From positions 1,612,001 through 1,676,000 of the forward strand of contig NIVC01000001.1 in NCBI GenBank assembly GCA_002269645.1: a stretch of DNA of 64,000 nucleotides. Direction: 5' to 3'. The stretch is from Macrostomum lignano (Eukaryota). How positions within the stretch are numbered: position 1 is the stretch's first letter; every line of letters begins with the position of its first letter. Under the pieces are notes generated by a model. It did not search any database. It saw nothing but the letters and a program-made list of their open reading frames with translations, and was not told the DNA's origin. This document shows, piece by piece, positions 1 to 12,255 of this stretch. The translations under genes were made by a program, and so were the position numbers.

Positions 1-360
1 GAAACCCGCCCTACTTACACAGCTTACAGGGAAACCCGCCCTACTCACACAGCTTACAGGGAAACCCGCCCTACTCACACAGCTTACAGGGAAACCCGCC
101 CTACTCACAACTTACTGGGAAACCCGCCCTACTCACACAACTTACAGGGAAACCCGCCCTACTCACGCAGCTCCTCGGGAAACCCGCCCCTCATCTCACA
201 GCTCAGACAGACTCGCCCCTCATCTCACAGCTCAGACAGACCCGTCCCTCATCTCACAGCTCAAACAGACCGGCCCCTCATCTCACAGCTCAGACAGACC
301 CGTCCCTCATCTCACAGCTCAGACAGACCCGTCCCTCATCTCACAGCTCAGACAGACCCG
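1..360. repeat. Intronic minisatellites: ~30-bp unit (gaaacccgccctactcacacagcttacagg) followed by ~29-bp unit (cccgtccctcatctcacagctcagacaga)
   Basis: Direct tandem repetition; ends just before the acceptor cgcag at 381-385. Confidence 0.9.
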
Positions 361-385
361 CCCTCCCTGTTCCCTCCAATCGCAG

Positions 386-1000
386 ATCGGCAGGCGTTGC
401 TGCGAGCTAAAGATCCCCTACAGTCGGCAGCAGCTGCCAGTAGCCGCGGACTCGCATGGTTCTGAGCAGCAGCAGCAGCAGCAACAGCAGCAAATGCTGT
501 CCCGTCGAGTATTCGTTGGCGGCATCACGGACAAGCTGTCGGAGCAAACCCTAACCGAATACTTCACCAAAGAGTTGGGCCTGGAAGTGTCCGAAGTGTT
601 CGTGTCTCGCCGGCCAGACCGCTCATTTGCATTCGTCACGTTCGCCAGCGCCGAAATGGCTGCTCAACTGATTGGTCGCGGGTTCGTCATTGAAGGCGTG
701 CCCGTGTTCGCTGCCACCGCTAAGCCTATTCAGCAACATCAGCAGCCGCAGCAGCAACAGCAACAGCAGCAGCCTGCGATCTACCAGCAACCAACCCTAC
801 TGCCACAGACTACTGTTAGTAACTACGGAGCAAATATTTGTCCCTATTATGCCTTGGAGCAGCCGCAGCCTGGCACAGTGCTTATGCAGCAGCAGTATCA
901 GCCCGTCCGCTTTGCTCAGCACCAGTTAATCAATCCGATCTATCAGGCGAATCCTTATCAGCTACCTGTTTATCACCTGCCTCAGCAGCATTGGCAGTAG
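386..1000 (+). CDS. TARDBP: Last coding exon of a TDP-43-like RNA-binding protein (end of RRM1, RRM2, Q/P/Y-rich low-complexity tail); upstream exons lie outside the window
   Basis: Acceptor cgcag|386 is in frame with ORF 494-1000 and gives IGRRCCELKIPYSRQ (cf. TDP-43 IDGRWCDCKLPNSKQ). Then SRRVFVGGI...RSFAFVTF...FVIEGVPV (cf. RRM2 SRKVFVGRC...RAFAFVTF...LIIKGISV). Confidence 0.75.
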   Translation: MGRRCCELKIPYSRQQLPVAADSHGSEQQQQQQQQQMLSRRVFVGGITDKLSEQTLTEYFTKELGLEVSEVFVSRRPDRSFAFVTFASAEMAAQLIGRGFVIEGVPVFAATAKPIQQHQQPQQQQQQQQPAIYQQPTLLPQTTVSNYGANICPYYALEQPQPGTVLMQQQYQPVRFAQHQLINPIYQANPYQLPVYHLPQQHWQ

Positions 1001-1023
1001 TGCAAAACCATGTGTTGCACTTT

Positions 1024-1445
1024 TATAGCTTTTGTCATGCTATCTCAGCCTAGGGACATCCAAACTCAGCCAGCCCCATTCCGCAATGCGTTTTTTGGCT
1101 CGAGCTAGTCGAGTTTTACCATAGACATGCTTCTTGGGGCCATGCTATCTCAGCCTGGGACATGCAATCTCAGCCAATATAGATTTCAATTGCAAACAGA
1201 TCTCAATGCTATCATTTCTGTAACGTGACATGAAATGGCAACAAACAGCAATGAATGAACGCAGCAAGAAAAGTCAGTAAGAATCTGAAAAGTGGCTGAG
1301 ATTGCATGTCCCAGGCTGAGATGGCATGGCTTTGAGAGGCGTGTCTATGGTGAAACTTGACTGGCTTACGTAAAAAATCGCACTGTTGAGATGGGCTGGC
1401 TGAGTTTGGATGTCTCTAGGCTGAGATAGCATGACAAATACTATA
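1024..1445. mobile_element. MITE-like imperfect palindrome, ~153-bp arms (1024-1176 / 1293-1445), starting 24 nt after the stop codon
   Basis: tatagcttttgtcatgctatctcagcctagggacatccaaactcagccagccc... matches the reverse complement of ...gggctggctgagtttggatgtctctaggctgagatagcatgacaaatactata; both ends fall in TATA. Confidence 0.7.
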
Positions 1446-1630
1446 TTAGCTAACATTAGCTTATTACTTTGACTTGACCTTGACGCAATTTGTTTACCTT
1501 AATAGCTTGTTAGCAACTGAGGTCATGAAATTTGGCATTCCGATGACATTTTTTTCATTGACAAATTTGTAGATAATTTACCAAAGCTGCTCAATAACAC
1601 CCTCCCTTACCCTTAGCATAGACCCATAGC

Positions 1631-2715
1631 TTAATATATCCCAATCCCATGGGTTAATATCCCAATCCCATGGGTTAATATCCCAATCCCATAGATTAAT
1701 ATCCCGATCCCATAGATAAATATCCCAATCCTATGGATTAATATCCCAATCCCATAGATTAATATCCCAATCCCATAGATTAGTGTCCCAATCCCATAAA
1801 TTAGTGTCCCGATCCCATAGATTAGTATCCCAATCCTATAGATTAATATCCCAATACCATAGATTAATATCCCGATCCCATAGATAAATATCCCAATCCT
1901 ATGGATTAATATCCCAATCCCATAGATTACTATCCCAATCCTATAGATTAATATCCCAATACCATAGATTAATATCCCAATACCATAGATTAATATCTCA
2001 ATCCCATAGATTAATATCTCAATCCCATGGATTAATATCTCAATCCCATAGATTAATATCTCAATCCCATAGATTAATATCTCAATCCCATGGATTAATA
2101 TCCCAATCCCATAGATTAATATCCCAATCCCATGGATTAATATCCCAATCCTATAGATTAATATCCCAATCCCATAGATTAATATCCCAATCCCATGGAT
2201 TAATATCCCAATACCATAGATTAATATCTCAATACCATAGATTAATATCCCAATCCTATAGATTAATATCCCAATCCCATGGATTAATATCCCAATACCA
2301 TAGATTAATATCTCAATCCCATAGATTAATATCTCAATCCCATGGATTAATATCCCAATCCCATAGATTAATATCCCAATCCCATGGATTAATATCCCAA
2401 TCCTATAGATTATTATCCCAATACCATAGATTAATATCTCAATCCCATGGATTAATATCCCAATCCCATAGATTAATATCCCAATCCCATGGATTAATAT
2501 CCCAATCTTATAGATTATTATCCCAATACCATAGATTAATATCTCAATCCCATAGATTAATATCCCAATCCCATGGATTAATATCCCAATCCTATAGATT
2601 ATTATCCCAATACCATAGATTAATATCTCAATCCCATGGATTAATATCCCAATCCCATAGATTAATATCCCAATCCCATAGATTAATATCCCAATCCCAT
2701 AGTTCAACATCCCAA
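1631..2715. repeat. 21-bp minisatellite (cccaatcccatagattaatat), ~50 copies
   Basis: Direct repetition; explains the spurious GIGILIY ORF. Confidence 0.95.
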
Positions 2716-3721
2716 TCACCTAGTTGCTTGTGTTAATCCCTCTGCTGGTTATTCAGTGGTAGGCTTTAATTAGGCGAAAAACAAAATTAAAACGTGGCCA
2801 ACTCAGCGCATTATCTTTCTGTATTTGAACTTTCGCTAACATTTTAAATGTTTATTCGGCATTACTCTTTTTAAAAGTTTTAAAGCTTTTCCTGTTTTTT
2901 AAAGCCCAGTTTTTTGCCACTTGCCAACTCTGCCAAACCCGTTTAGGAAGATTGTTTTAGTTAAACTTTTCACTTCTCTCTGTGCAGCTCTGTTTCATTT
3001 ATCCTACTGTTAGTAGAGCAATAGATATATGTACATTTAACTTGACTTTTCTCACTCTATTAACCAAAGGCAAGTCTGTAAGTGCATTGAATATTCCTCC
3101 TATGTGCCTGTTTAGTAGCGGACATCGAATTGGCATAAAGCATTTGTACTCGTAGCTATCGATAATAATATGTTTAATTTACAGGTACCATTTATTAGTT
3201 TATTAGCATTTTGCTCATTTCACACTACTAATAGTATAATTGCCATCAGCGCCTGTCGATCTCTCAGCTGACTACACCGCTGCTGTCTATCTGCTTTTAA
3301 GCTTCAATATCTTTGTTGTTACTTTACTAAACCATTAGTAAGTACTAATTAATAACTATTAATATCACCGTTGTTACATATGTAATCTGCTATAATCCTA
3401 CACTAGCTCGTATTGGTGCCGCACTTTGTGAGTTGTGCCAACTCTTATCTCATTAGTTATCTTCATCAACTTCCTTATTAATTTCGGACTTTTTAAAGCT
3501 TTTTTATTTACTCCTAATTACTCAATACTACTGATACTAGTAAAAATGCACCATTAATATTCATATTACTATTCCAGTTTTTAATTTTTTTAATACACAC
3601 GACAACTTGGTTCTCATTGCCTCGATTCTGTTTTTGCCAGAATTTGTCTTGCTTTGCTGCCATTTTTATTGTCATTTTTACCTTGCGTTTAAGTCGTTTT
3701 ATGAGTCCAATCTTCTGTGTC

Positions 3722-4830
3722 TTAGATAGGTCTCTATGAGAATCGCTTATCTCTCAGCTTGGTCTCGATGAGAATCGCTTATCTCTCAACTTGGTCTCTA
3801 TGAGAATCGCTTATCTCTCAGCTTGGTCTCTATGAGAATCGCTTATCTCTCAGCTTGGTCTCCATGAGAATCGCTTATCTCTCAGCTTGGTCTCTATGAG
3901 AATCGCCTATCTCTCAGCTTGGTCTCTATGAGAATCGCCTATCTCTCAGTTTGGTCTCTATGAGAATCGCCTATCTCTCAGCTTGGTCTCTATGAGAATC
4001 GCCTATCTCTCAGCTTGGTGTCTATGAGAATCGCCTATCTCTCAGCTTGGTCTCTATGAGAATCGCCTATCTCTCAGCTTGGTCTCTATGAGAATCGCTG
4101 ATCTCTCAGCTTGGTCTCCATGAGAATCGCTTATCTCTCAACTTGATCTCTATGAGAATGGCCTATCTCTCAACTTGGTCTCTATGAGAATCGCCTATCT
4201 CTCAGCTTGGTCTCTATGAGAATCGCTAATCTCTCAACTTGGTCTCTATGAGAATCGCTAATCTCTCAACTTGGTCTCTATGAGAATCGCCTATCTCTCA
4301 GCTTGGTCTCTATGAGAATCGCCTATCTCTCAGCTTGGTCTCTATGAGAATCGCTTATCTCTCAGCTTGGTCTCCATGAGAATCGCTTATCTCTCAGCTT
4401 GGTCTCTATGAGAATCGCCTATCTCTCAGCTTGGTCTCTATAAGAATCGCTAATCTCTCAACTTGGTCTCTATGAGAATCGCCTATCTCTCAGCTTGGTC
4501 TCTATGAGAATCGCTAATCTCTCAACTTGGTCTCTATGAGAATCGCCTATCTCTCAGCTTGGTCTCTATGAGAATCGCTTATCTCTCAGCTTGGTCTCTA
4601 TGAGAATCGCTTATCTCTCAGCTTGGTCTCCATGAGAATCGCTTATCTCTCAGCTTGGTCTCTATGAGAATCGCCTATCTCTCAGCTTGGTCTCTATGAG
4701 AATCGCCTATCTCTCAGCTTGGTCTCTATAAGAATCGCTGATCTCTCAAATCGGTCTCTATGAGAATCGCTGATCTCTCAGCTTGGTCTCTATGAGAATC
4801 GCCTATCTCTTAACTTGGTCATTATGAGCA
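3722..4830. repeat. 32-bp minisatellite (cagcttggtctctatgagaatcgcctatctct), ~34 copies
   Basis: Direct repetition. Confidence 0.95.
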
Positions 4831-4862
4831 TCGCTTATCTCCCAACTATTTGCAATCCTCAG

Positions 4863-5418
4863 CCTCCTGAGGAAGCCTCATCGGAGGCGCACGCCCTGTG
4901 CGTTCAGATCGACCAAATACGGGCCGGCATTCTGTCCGTCAGAGCGTCGCTCCGTCTGCCGCTGATTCTGTACCTGCAGGACACCGTCAACCTCATTGTC
5001 GACAATGACAGAGTGTCCCGAGTACCCTTCCGCGGCGGCAGCGGTGGCTGTTCGCTTTCTAGGCAACCGTCAAAAACCGTAAACAGTTGCCATAGCAACG
5101 AAGACAATGGTGTCGACAATGTCGATGACGGCGACGATGTTCGAGATGCCGAGGTCGGAAGCGCCGCTGCAACGTCGGCGGCCATGACGATCAGATCAGC
5201 TGCTCAGCCTGCGGTCGACAACGGCGAAGACGTTAGCGGCCACGTCGACGAAGACGAAGTCGGTGTTGTCGAGGAAGGCGTTGACGACGACGATGATGAT
5301 GATGATGACGTCAGCGGCGTCAAGTTGTGTCCGCTGGGCGACCTGAGCATCGCCGATTTTAACGATCTGGTAGCCGTTTTGTGAAACCTGTTTTTGTAGG
5401 GCTGGTGAATTATTCTAG

Positions 5419-5450
<32 letters not shown>

Positions 5451-8400
5451 GTGTCTGTCTGCAGGTCCCAAATCTTCCTATTAACCCTGCAGATTGCCGA
5501 CGATCCCGAAGACGTCCTCTGCGCTGAAGTCCCCGAGCAGCTGTCCGTCCGCGCTGGTCAGCGAAGCCCTCTGCAGCATCAGCAGCAGCAGCAAGACCAA
5601 TCCTCACAGCACCATCATCTGGCATCAGCCTCTCAGCTCCCTCCGCCGCCGCCTCCTCCGCCAAGGCAGTCGGTGCCTCCGCCAGAGCAGCAGACATCGC
5701 CAGCAACAACGGAGTCGAACAGGATGCCTGTAGGTTCAACCGTGCAGTCCTGCTCCGTCACACAGCAGCAGCAGCCGCAGCAGCATCTGATGCTGTCCAT
5801 GGTGGTTGATGCAGACGAGTCCAACTCGTCGGCCCCACCGCTCTCGAGTTTGCTAGGCGTCGGTGGCGGCGTCGGCAGCAGTAGCGGCGTCGCTGTCCCA
5901 GTTGCTGATGGCGTCGGCAGCGTAAGCGGCTGCGCAGCTGGCACTGCTGCTGCTGCTGGCAACAAGTGCATGCGGCCGAAGCGGAAAAGCCAGCGGCCAG
6001 TCAAGCTCGACCAGGAGTCGGTGGACGGCGGCGGCGGTGGCAACTCTTCGCTGCCACTGTCGGCATCGGCAGGCCCTGCCGCGGCCAGCACCGGAATCGA
6101 GCCGGCGACTTTGCTGACTATCGCCTCCGCCGCTGCCTCCTCGACCGACTCCACCGTCGCCAATGCAGTCAACGCCGCCGCCGGCTTCAGCTTCGACGAT
6201 GAGGACGAGGAGGAAGATGACGCGGAACTGGCGTGTCCGGTGTGCCCGGCCGAGCAGCAGCCCGCCTTCTCCACCTGGTCGGCCTACCTGTCGCACCTTG
6301 CCGGCCACGGCACCGTCAGCGGAGCCAGCTGCCGCGCCTGCCGGGGTACATTTGCCAATCGGGCCACTCTGCTAGCTCACGAGTGCCTGTCGGCTTCCGC
6401 CTCTTCGCCCGGACACCGGCTGGCCAGGGCCGGCTACTTTGTCGGCCGGAGCTGCCCGATCTGCCTGCGGCATTTTGAGGAGCGGGCTCGGTTTATTAAC
6501 CATTCGAAACGTGCTCACAAGGCTAAAGGCGCTGCTGGCCGGGGCGTCGTCGCTGCCGGCAGTACAAGTCGGTAAGTAGTAGTACAAGTAGTAGTATAGT
6601 TGGAAAATTCTGCCTCAGCTGTGATGGGGATTCCGCAGAAATTCCGTCGTCTACAAATTAAAAGTATTCTTTGATACTTTTGAAGTGTACCAAAATGTAC
6701 AGTAGAATGTCTACTAGAAAGCATGTACACAGCCAATCAGCAGCTAGGCCACATGTACACAGCCAATCAGCAGCTAGGCCACATGTACACAGCCAATCAG
6801 CAGCTAGGCCACATGTACACAGCCAATCAGCAGCTAGGCCACATGTACACAGCCAATCAGCAGCTAGGCCACATGTACACAGCCAATCAGCAGCTAGGCC
6901 ACATGTACACAGCCAATCAGCAGCTAGGCCACATGTACACAGCCAATCAGCAGCTAGGCCACATGTACACAGCCAATCAGCAGCTAGGCCACATGTACAC
7001 AGCCAATCAGCAGCTAGGCCACATGTACACAGCCAATCAGCAGCTAGGCCACATGTACACAGCCAATCAGCAGCTAGGCCACATGTACACAGCCAATCAG
7101 CAGCTAGGCCACATGTACACAGCCAATCAGCAGCTAGGCCACATGTACACAGCCAATCAGCAGCTAGGCCACATGTACACAGCCAATCAGCAGCTAGGCC
7201 ACATGTACACAGCCAATCAGCAGCTAGGCCACATGTACACAGCCAATCAGCAGCTAGGCCACATGTACACAGCCAATCAGCAGCTAGGCCACATGTACAC
7301 AGCCAATCAGCAGCTAGGCCACATGTACACAGCCAATCAGCAGCTAGGCCACATGTACACAGCCAATCAGCAGCTAGGCCACATGTACACAGCCAATCAG
7401 CAGCTAGGCCACATGTACACAGCCAATCAGCAGCTAGGCCACATGTACACAGCCAATCAGCAGCTAGGCCACATGTACACAGCCAATCAGCAGCTAGGCC
7501 ACATGTACACAGCCAATCAGCAGCTAGGCCACATGTACACAGCCAATCAGCAGCTAGGCCACATGTACACATCACAGCCAATCAGAACCCGTTCCCCCTC
7601 TCACAGCTGCGCCCTCTGCCACAACAGCGAGCGCGTATTCCAGTCCGCTGACGAGCTGAGCACCCACCTGCGCATGGCGCATAACAAATTCGCCTGCAGC
7701 CTGTGCTGCAAGCCGGTGGCCACGGAGGCCGCTCTGCAGGCCCACCTCAAAGCCATCCACGCCAACGCTGTGTCTCGCTGCCAGCACTGCGCCCTGGTGT
7801 TCGGCCTAGAGCGCGAGCTGCGCGATCACGTGGCTTTGAAGCACTCGCTCCGGTGCCCGCACTGCGGCCTGGCCGTGCAGAAGAAAGGCCAGCTGCTCAG
7901 CCACCTGCGCCTTGCCCACGGCATTCGTCGCCTGCCCGGCCTTGTCAGCGTCTCCGGCGGCCCCAAGTCGATCAGCTCCGCCGCCGCTGTCGCAGCCTCG
8001 GCTTTTCATTGTTCTGTCTGCGCTCGGTCGTTCGCTAGCCGTCAGGCTCTGCAGTTGCACAAGCAGCAGAAGCACAGCAGCCTGGCTCTGGGCGTTGGTG
8101 GACAGGTTCGTGTCTGGCCTGACTTACCCAGAATCTACCCCTGAACAGATCCCAGAATCTCCTCTTAAAACAGATCCGAAAATCTCCCCTTACAGCAGAT
8201 CCCAGAATCTCCTCTTAAAACAGATCCCAAAATCTCCCCTTACAGCAGATCCCAGAATCTCCCCTTACAGCAGATCCCAGAATCTCCCCTTACAGCAGAT
8301 CCCAGAATCTCCTCTTAAAACAGATCCCAAAATCTCCCCTTACAGCAGATCCCAGAATCTCCTCTTAAAACAGATCCCAAAATCTCCCCTTACAGCAGAT

Positions 8401-10722
8401 CCCAGAATCTCCCCTTACAGCAGATCCCAGAATCTCCTCTTAAAACAGATCCCAGAATCTCCCCTTACAGCAGATATCAGAATCTCCCCTTAAAACAGAT
8501 CCCAGAATCTCCCCTAAAACAGATCCCAAAATCTCCCCTTGAACAGATCCCAGAATCTTCTCTTAAAACAGATCCCAGAATCTCCTTTTACAGCAGATCC
8601 CAGAATCTCCTCTTAAAACAGATCCCAGAATCTCCCCCTAAAACAGATCCCAGAATCTCCCTTTGAACAGATCCAATCCCCGACTACTCACCCGCTCTCG
8701 CCATCTGTGTCCAGGAGAAGCAGAAGCATCGCCGATCAAAGCAGCAGCGGCAGCAGCAGAAGCAGCCCCGCCGCTGCCCGGTGTGCGCCAAGGTGTTCCG
8801 CGCCTCCAGCAGCCTGCACCGCCACCTGAAGCTGCACCAATCGCCCGAGAACCGGCGCAGCCACGCGTGCCCGCACTGCCCCTACGCCACGCACGATCCT
8901 ACAAACTACGCGCGACACCTCATCCGGCACACGGATCAGCGCCGCTACGCCTGTCCTCAGTGCCCCAAACGATTCCTATGCAAAAAGTCGCTCAGCGATC
9001 ACCTGTTGTTTAAACACTCCGAGACGCGTTCGTTTCCTTGCGAACAGTGCGGCGCTGCGTTTAAAACGCGCGGCACACTGTTGCGCCATCTGCGCGAGCA
9101 CGGCCCGCCGGCCTTGCGCAAGCGGCACCAGTGCGACCTGTGCGGCAACCGGTTTGTCCGGCTGTACAATTTGAAACGGCACTGCGCCTATGCGCATAAA
9201 ACTAATGACGGGGCTGGCGCCAATGATGGCGACCAGATTGCCCAGCTGGTGAGCGTGGGCGGGGATGTTGGGAGGCTTTGGGGGATAAGCAGGGAGAGAC
9301 AGGGGAGGAGAGACAAGGGAGGAGAGACAAGGGAGGAGAGACAGGGGAGGAGAGACAGGGGAGGAGAGACAAGGGAGGAGAGACAGGGGAGGAGAGACAG
9401 GGGAGGAGAGACAAGGGAGGAGAGACAGGGGAGGAGAGACAGGGGAGGAGAGACAAGGGAGGAGAGACAGGGGAGGAGAGACAAGGGAGGAGAGACAGGG
9501 GAGGAGAGACAGGGGAGGAGAGACAGGGGAGGAGAGACAGGGGAGGAGAGACAAGGGAGGAGAGACAGGGGAGGAGAGACAGGGGAGGAGAGACAAGGGA
9601 GGAGAGACAGGGGAGGAGAGACAGGGGAGGAGAGACAAGGGAGGAGAGACAGGGGAGGAGAGACAAGGGAGGAGAGACAGGGGAGGAGAGACAGGAGGAG
9701 AGACAGGGGAGGAGAGACAGGGAAGGAGAGACAAGGGAGGAGAGACAGGGGAGGAGAGACAGGGGGAGGAGAGACAGGAGGAGAGACAGGGGAGGAGAGA
9801 CAGGGAAGGAGAGACAGGGAAGGAGAGACAGGAGGAGAGACAGGAGGAGAGACAGGAGGAGAGACAGGGGAAGAGAGAGATGGGTGGAGAGACAGGGGAG
9901 AAGAGACATGGGTGGAGAGACAGGGGAGGAGAGACAGGGAAGGACAGACAGGAGAGGAGTGAAAGCAAAGGACAGACAGGGGAAAAGAACAGGGAGACCC
10001 TGACTATTTATCACACGAGTCCCTGCAACGGCCTCCTCTCCTCGCAGTCCGTGCCGCAGCTGCTAGTGGTGGAGGAGTCTGTGGCAGCAGCCGCGGCGGC
10101 AGATGCGGCCGAGGACGCGGCAGCGAAGTCAATCCTGGACAGCCTGGTGTCCGCGGCGCCGATCGGCATGAGCTCTGCCGACATCGACTGCAAACCGGTG
10201 GCCGTTTCAACAACCCTATCGGCGCTGACGGTGGACCACCTGCAGCCGCAGCATCACCAGCATCAACAGCAGTCCGCTGGAATTTGGCGTCCAGCTGCTG
10301 CGGTGTCCCAGCCTCCGCCCGAATCAGCAGCTTCATCCGGGATTCGCCCGACCAATCCGAGCCAGCATCAGCAGCAGCCGCATCATCACCAAAGCCTGTT
10401 AGACGAAATTCTCTGGGGCAACCCGAGCATGTCCAGCGGCTCCGCCCACGTTGTCGACTGCTGCCAGCCCGCCTCCGTGATCGTCACCTCCTCAGCTTCT
10501 CAGCATCATCATCACCCCCATCAGCAGCAGCATCATCAGCATCAGCACCAGCAGCAGGATCCTTGGACAGTCCAGCAGGTGAGCTTCGCTAGCGACTGTC
10601 CAAGCCCGCCTTATGCCATGGCCTCTCATAACCAGCAGCAGCAACAGCAGCAACACCAGCAGCAGCAAGTTGTTTCTTCCGATTTCTCCGTTGGCTACTT
10701 GATAGGCGACTCGTCCCGATAA
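4863..10722 (+). CDS. Multi-exon C2H2 zinc-finger protein (~13 fingers). Exons 4863-5369, 5493-6571, 7607-8105, 8715-9248, 10048-10722; true start uncertain (upstream exon, or ATG at 5184)
   Basis: GT-AG boundaries keep the frame (e.g. agtcg|gtaagt...tcacag|ctgc gives TSR-CALC). Fingers include CPVCAKVFRASSSLHRHLKLH, CPQCPKRFLCKKSLSDHLLFKH, CEQCGAAFKTRGTLLRHLREH. Q/H-rich C-terminus. Confidence 0.85.
6721..7570. repeat. Perfect 30-bp minisatellite (acatgtacacagccaatcagcagctaggcc) x28 filling zinc-finger intron 2
   Basis: Consecutive 60-nt lines are identical; lies between donor 6572 and acceptor 7606. Confidence 0.97.
8125..8675. repeat. 25-bp minisatellite (cagatcccagaatctccccttacag) in zinc-finger intron 3
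   Basis: Direct repetition. Confidence 0.9.
9290..9960. repeat. Purine-rich 14/15-bp repeat (gggaggagagacag) in zinc-finger intron 4
   Basis: Direct repetition. Confidence 0.9.
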
Positions 10723-10929
10723 ATGAACCTAACTCCGCATTGTATTCGCTTAGCATTGTGTAAAAATTTGATTGCATAGATTGTGGAATAATTCCGTTTC
10801 TTTAATATGCAGCGGTCGTATTTATTTAAAAAATAAATAGCAATCTTATTGCTCAGGGCAATCATTTTGTTGTTCTCGAAATGCAACATTTTTGCTACCC
10901 GATCTGCTTTGCCTCTGCTGGTAGTCATT

Positions 10930-11075
10930 CACGGATATGGCCATCCGCACAACTGGTCACTTCACGGATATGACCATCCACACACCTGGTCACTCCACAG
11001 TGATGACTGTTCACACAACTAGTCACTCCACAGTGATGACTGTTCACACAACTAGTCACTCCACAGTGATGACTA
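10930..11075. repeat. ~33-bp repeat (ccacagtgatgactgttcacacaactagtcact), 4-5 degenerate copies
   Basis: Direct repetition. Confidence 0.7.
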
Positions 11076-11524
11076 TCCCCTAAACCCAAGCTCACGAATC
11101 GTACAGCTGCTCACAGCCAATGAGCGCTCGAGCTGTCAAACAAAGTCATTATTCGTTGAGCGGACGGCTGAGGCTGACATTAATATAAGAAAAGACACTA
11201 GGACATGGTCGGAGTGCAGTCCAATCTTGTCTGATTGCCTGCTTTTTTAGTGAAATCCTATCCTATCTTCAACTGCTGCTAGGCTTGGTTTTCTAATCAC
11301 GGGTGAGTCGCTCGTGTTCATCTGCTTTGAGTCTGAGCTCAAATGGCCTGGCTCTAATTAGCTCAGGTATCCAGGCTATTAGTTCTGATTTCTTGTCTCC
11401 CGTTGAAAATATTGGGCGTACCTTTCAATGCAGCATCTAAAAACGAGCCAATGTGATTAAATCTTTGACTCAATCTTCAATCTCAGATTATAAGGCCCAG
11501 TATCTCAAACTCATAATCTTTGAT

Positions 11525-12055
11525 TCAGCATCTCAGACTCACGAATAGATTCAGCATCTCAGACTCATAAATAGACTCAGCATCTCTGGCTCATTATCTC
11601 AGACTCAGCATCTCAGACTCATCATAATTAGACTCAGCATCTCAGGCTCATTATCTTAGACTCATAATTAGACTCAGCATCTCAGGCTCATTATCTTAGA
11701 CTCATAATTAGACTCAGCTTCTCAGGCTCATTATCTTAGACTCAGCATCTCAGACTCATAATTAGACTCAGCTTCTCAGGCTCATTATCTTAGACTCATA
11801 ATTAGACTCAGCATCTCAGGCTCATTATCTTAGACTCATAATTAGACTCAGCATCTCAGGCTCATTATCTTAGACTCAGCATCTCAGGCTCATTATCTTA
11901 GGCTCAGCATCTCAGGCTCATTATCTTAGACTCAGCATCTCAGACTCATAATTAGACTCAGCTTCTTAGGCTCATTATCTTAGACTCAGCATCTCAGACT
12001 CATAATTAGACTCAGCTTCTCAGACTCATAATTAGACTCAGCATCTCAGACTTAG
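11525..12055. repeat. Composite GACTCA-based minisatellite (tagactcagcatctcaggctcattatct / tagactcataat)
   Basis: Direct repetition of two alternating subunits. Confidence 0.85.
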
Positions 12056-12255
12056 AAATGCTTATGTGTATTTAAATACAAAGACCTGCATTTTTACACA
12101 CAATACGCAGGTTTCTGTCCTGCAGAATCTGTTCCTAGTCTGTTTTACCGAAACCTGAGGCCACTGTTGGGATAGGTACACAAGTCTCCTATCTAATAGT
12201 TTAGCCTAGAGGCAGCTTATATATTAGCAAAAATTCTAACGCAAAAATGAAATTA

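Noticed and set aside
6658-7651. Repeat proteins from the 30-bp array (HVHSQSAARP, MYTANQQLGH)
   Set aside because: Flanked by a strong GTAAGT donor and a CAG acceptor that join in frame without the array, so it is intronic.
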